Source of the DNA: an uncultured Gammaproteobacteria bacterium
GTDB lineage: Bacteria; Patescibacteriota; Patescibacteriia; UBA2591; UBA6264
Assembly (NCBI GenBank): GCA_964507075.1
Contig: CAZDOL010000011.1
Span: 1-5,241 of the forward strand
Reading direction: 5' to 3'
DNA: 5,241 nucleotides
Both the position numbers and the translations under genes were made by a program. The notes under the pieces are model-generated. The model made no database searches and was not told the origin of the DNA. It saw only the letters and a program-made list of their open reading frames with translations. Position 1 is the first letter of the stretch, and every line of letters starts with the position of its first letter. Below, piece by piece: positions 3,668-5,241 of the stretch.

Positions 3668-4734
3668 AAGAAAAAATAGCTACAATATCAATATTTAATA
3701 ATTTATTTTTAGCAATAGGAAAGATTTTGATTGGTCTTTTGGTAAAATCAGTATCAATTTTTGCAGAAGGGATTCATTCATCAGTTGATGTTTTATCATC
3801 TGTTATAAGTTTGGTTGGTATAAAAATAGCTAAAAAACCAGTTGATAAAAACCATCCATATGGTCATTACAAGTTTGAGGTTCTTGCGGGACTCCTTATA
3901 ACAATCATTTTATTTTTAACTGGAGCCAAGATTCTTTATGAAGCATATAAAGGTTTTTTATCGCCTTCTGTGGTAAAATTAAGTTATTTAGCATTGGGAA
4001 TTATGGCTGTTTCGGCCATAGCAAATGAAGTTATGTCTCGTCTAAAAATACATTATGGCAAAAAAGAAAATTCCATAAGTCTTCTTTCTGATGGGGTTCA
4101 TGACAAAGTAGATGTTTGGGCTTCGGTTGCAGTTTTTATTGGTTTAATTTTGTCTAGATATTGGATTTATGTTGATTCATTTCTAGCATTATTAATTGGA
4201 TTATATATAATGAAGGAGTCTTTTTCTTTAGGAAAAGAGGCTACAAATTCGTTGTTAGATGTCTCAGCTGGCGAAGAAATTGAAGACAAAATCAAAAGCA
4301 TTGTAATTGAACAAAGGATAGAAATCTCGGATTTAATAACACAAAAGAAAGGTTCCGCAATAACCGCAAACCTAAAGATTAAATTACCTAATGAGACAAG
4401 CGTGGAAGAAGCTACGAAAATATCTAATAATTTAAGGAGTGGCTTGATTGATAAAATTGAATTACTTGAATATGTTGCTATTCAAATAGAAGGACGCGAT
4501 ATATCAAATAATTATTTCAGGCCTACAAAAACACTCTTTGGTTTGAAATTAGGCGAAAAATTTGGTTGGCAGAGGAAGGGGAAATTCAAAAATTCAATTT
4601 CTCAGGCCGAAGGTAAAGGGCCAGAGGGATATTGTCAGTGTTCTCAATGTGGATATAAGATTAAACATGAACGTGGAACTCCGTGTTTTGAACTAAAATG
4701 CCCTAATTGTAATATAAATTTAAAAAGGAAATAA
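3664..4734 (+). CDS. Cation diffusion facilitator (CDF) family metal transporter with C-terminal 4-Cys zinc-ribbon extension (356 aa)
   Basis: About six hydrophobic helices. The TM2 motif is H38-SSV-D42 and the TM5 motif is H146-DKV-D150 (an HD-HD transport site). A cytoplasmic alpha/beta domain spans roughly residues 200-277. An extra ~80-aa tail ends in GKGPEGYCQCSQCGYKIKHERGTPCFELKCPNCN. The start overlaps the upstream stop as ATGA (3664-3667). Confidence 0.92.
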   Translation: MKEKIATISIFNNLFLAIGKILIGLLVKSVSIFAEGIHSSVDVLSSVISLVGIKIAKKPVDKNHPYGHYKFEVLAGLLITIILFLTGAKILYEAYKGFLSPSVVKLSYLALGIMAVSAIANEVMSRLKIHYGKKENSISLLSDGVHDKVDVWASVAVFIGLILSRYWIYVDSFLALLIGLYIMKESFSLGKEATNSLLDVSAGEEIEDKIKSIVIEQRIEISDLITQKKGSAITANLKIKLPNETSVEEATKISNNLRSGLIDKIELLEYVAIQIEGRDISNNYFRPTKTLFGLKLGEKFGWQRKGKFKNSISQAEGKGPEGYCQCSQCGYKIKHERGTPCFELKCPNCNINLKRK

Positions 4735-4736
4735 AC

Positions 4737-5015
4737 ATGCCAAGACCAAGATTATGTCGTCGAGTACGATTTAACCCAAATATTACATATTTCAAGCCCC
4801 AAGGAGTTCCTCTGAGGTTGTTGGAAATGATTGAATTGACGTCAGAAGAAATAGAGGCCCTGCGACTTAAGAATATAAAAAATTTGGACCAAATTAAATG
4901 TGCTAAAAAAATGAATACTTCTCAAAGCACTTTTCAGCGGATTTTGACATCTGCTTATAAAAAGGTAGCAGATGCTTTGGTAAATGCTAAAGCTATAAAA
5001 ATCATCACCGATTAG
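4737..5015 (+). CDS. DUF134 / UPF0251 family predicted DNA-binding protein (92 aa)
   Basis: MPRPRLCRRVRFNPNITYFKPQGVPL...LTSEEIEALRLKNIKNLDQ...MNTSQSTFQRILTSAYKKVADALVNAKAIKI matches the DUF134 pattern (MPRPxxCRRV, YFKP.G.P, sigma-r4-like HTH, RKKVAdALvnGKAI). AAGGAA at 4725-4730 is a plausible SD. The start is 2 nt after the CDF stop. Confidence 0.9.
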   Translation: MPRPRLCRRVRFNPNITYFKPQGVPLRLLEMIELTSEEIEALRLKNIKNLDQIKCAKKMNTSQSTFQRILTSAYKKVADALVNAKAIKIITD

Positions 5016-5020
5016 TTTAG

Positions 5021-5053
5021 AAAAAGTTCAGTGGCCGAGCCACTGAACTTTTT
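5021..5053. terminator. Symmetric intrinsic terminator hairpin, copy B: AAAAAGTTCAGTGGC-cga-GCCACTGAACTTTTT
   Basis: Perfect 15-bp stem and 3-nt loop, flanked by A5 and T5, starting 6 nt after the DUF134 stop codon. It ends the operon. Confidence 0.85.
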
Positions 5054-5056
5054 GAT

Positions 5057-5085
5057 TTGCCAAAAAGAGAAAAATTTAATATAAT
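5057..5085 (+). promoter_or_regulatory. Sigma70-type promoter: -35 TTGCCA (5057-5062), 17-nt spacer, -10 TATAAT (5080-5085)
   Basis: 5/6 match at -35 and 6/6 at -10 with optimal spacing. Its position relative to the hairpin is the same as in copy A. Confidence 0.65.
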
Positions 5086-5118
5086 TAACGTACATAAAGG
5101 GTATTAAACATCTGTACT

Positions 5119-5241
5119 ATGAAAGCTAAATTGTTTTTTGTCTTGTTTCTGGTTTTTATTATATCTTCGGCACTATTTACAAGAAATATAGTAAATGCCC
5201 AGGCAGACTTATCTATTACTAATGCCAGTATTAGTTTTTCA
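5119..5241 (+). CDS. 5' end of a secreted protein (partial, runs off the window)
   Basis: ATG at 5119 opens 41 codons with no stop: MKAKLFFVLFLVFIISSALFTRNIVNAQADLSITNASISFS. This is a signal peptide with an AxA-like site (VNA-Q). It lies about 35 nt downstream of the TATAAT, and the SD is poor. Confidence 0.55.
   Translation, partial: MKAKLFFVLFLVFIISSALFTRNIVNAQADLSITNASISFS

Larger units (their letters stand above)
5021..5085 (+). repeat. Hairpin+promoter 'punctuation' module, copy B (partner at 19-83)
   Basis: See copy A: 49/65 ungapped identity by hand count, with two compensatory base-pair swaps in the stem. Confidence 0.75.

Noticed and set aside
19-5085. Direct repeats flanking a 5-kb block as att sites or mobile-element ends
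   Set aside because: There is no integrase, transposase or recombinase, and no target-site duplication or inverted termini. The repeated part coincides exactly with terminator and promoter functional elements. A punctuation-cassette explanation is simpler, and mobility is left as an open check in the findings.
1-5241. Alternative genetic code (TGA recoding, as in some candidate phyla)
   Set aside because: TGA terminates the paralogue-2 ATPase exactly at the expected C-terminus (3665-3667, with ATGA coupling). No in-frame TGA interrupts any homology-supported ORF, so the standard bacterial code fits.

Overview
AT-rich bacterial window using the standard genetic code (TAA, TAG and TGA all end ORFs). 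All supported genes are on the + strand. No rRNA, tRNA, CRISPR array, transposase or integrase was seen. Layout: (1) a strong symmetric hairpin plus sigma70-type promoter at 19-83; (2) an orphan secreted protein, with true start 142 rather than 55; (3) a GC-stem hairpin, a perfect DnaA-box 9-mer and a near-consensus promoter carrying a 12-bp palindrome; (4) a tightly packed cluster at 870-5015; (5) a second, diverged copy of the hairpin+promoter module at 5021-5085, followed by the 5' end of another signal-peptide protein. The cluster encodes DUF5320 (Gly/Arg-rich plus coiled coil), a thioredoxin with an atypical WCQPC site, a NifX/NifB-like 'FeMo-cofactor-binding' domain protein, two tandem MinD/ParA-type P-loop ATPases each carrying an inserted 2x[4Fe-4S] ferredoxin domain, a CDF metal transporter fused to a C-terminal 4-Cys zinc-ribbon, and DUF134/UPF0251 (predicted HTH). 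The main lead is this cluster. It looks like an expanded version of the anaerobe-specific, functionally unresolved 'orange protein (ORP)'-type neighbourhood (NifX-fold protein + ferredoxin-MinD ATPases + DUF134). Here it is joined in one apparent operon to a thiol reductant and a metal transporter, which suggests an uncharacterised metallocluster handling or trafficking system. All family assignments come from motif recognition by eye, not from searches.
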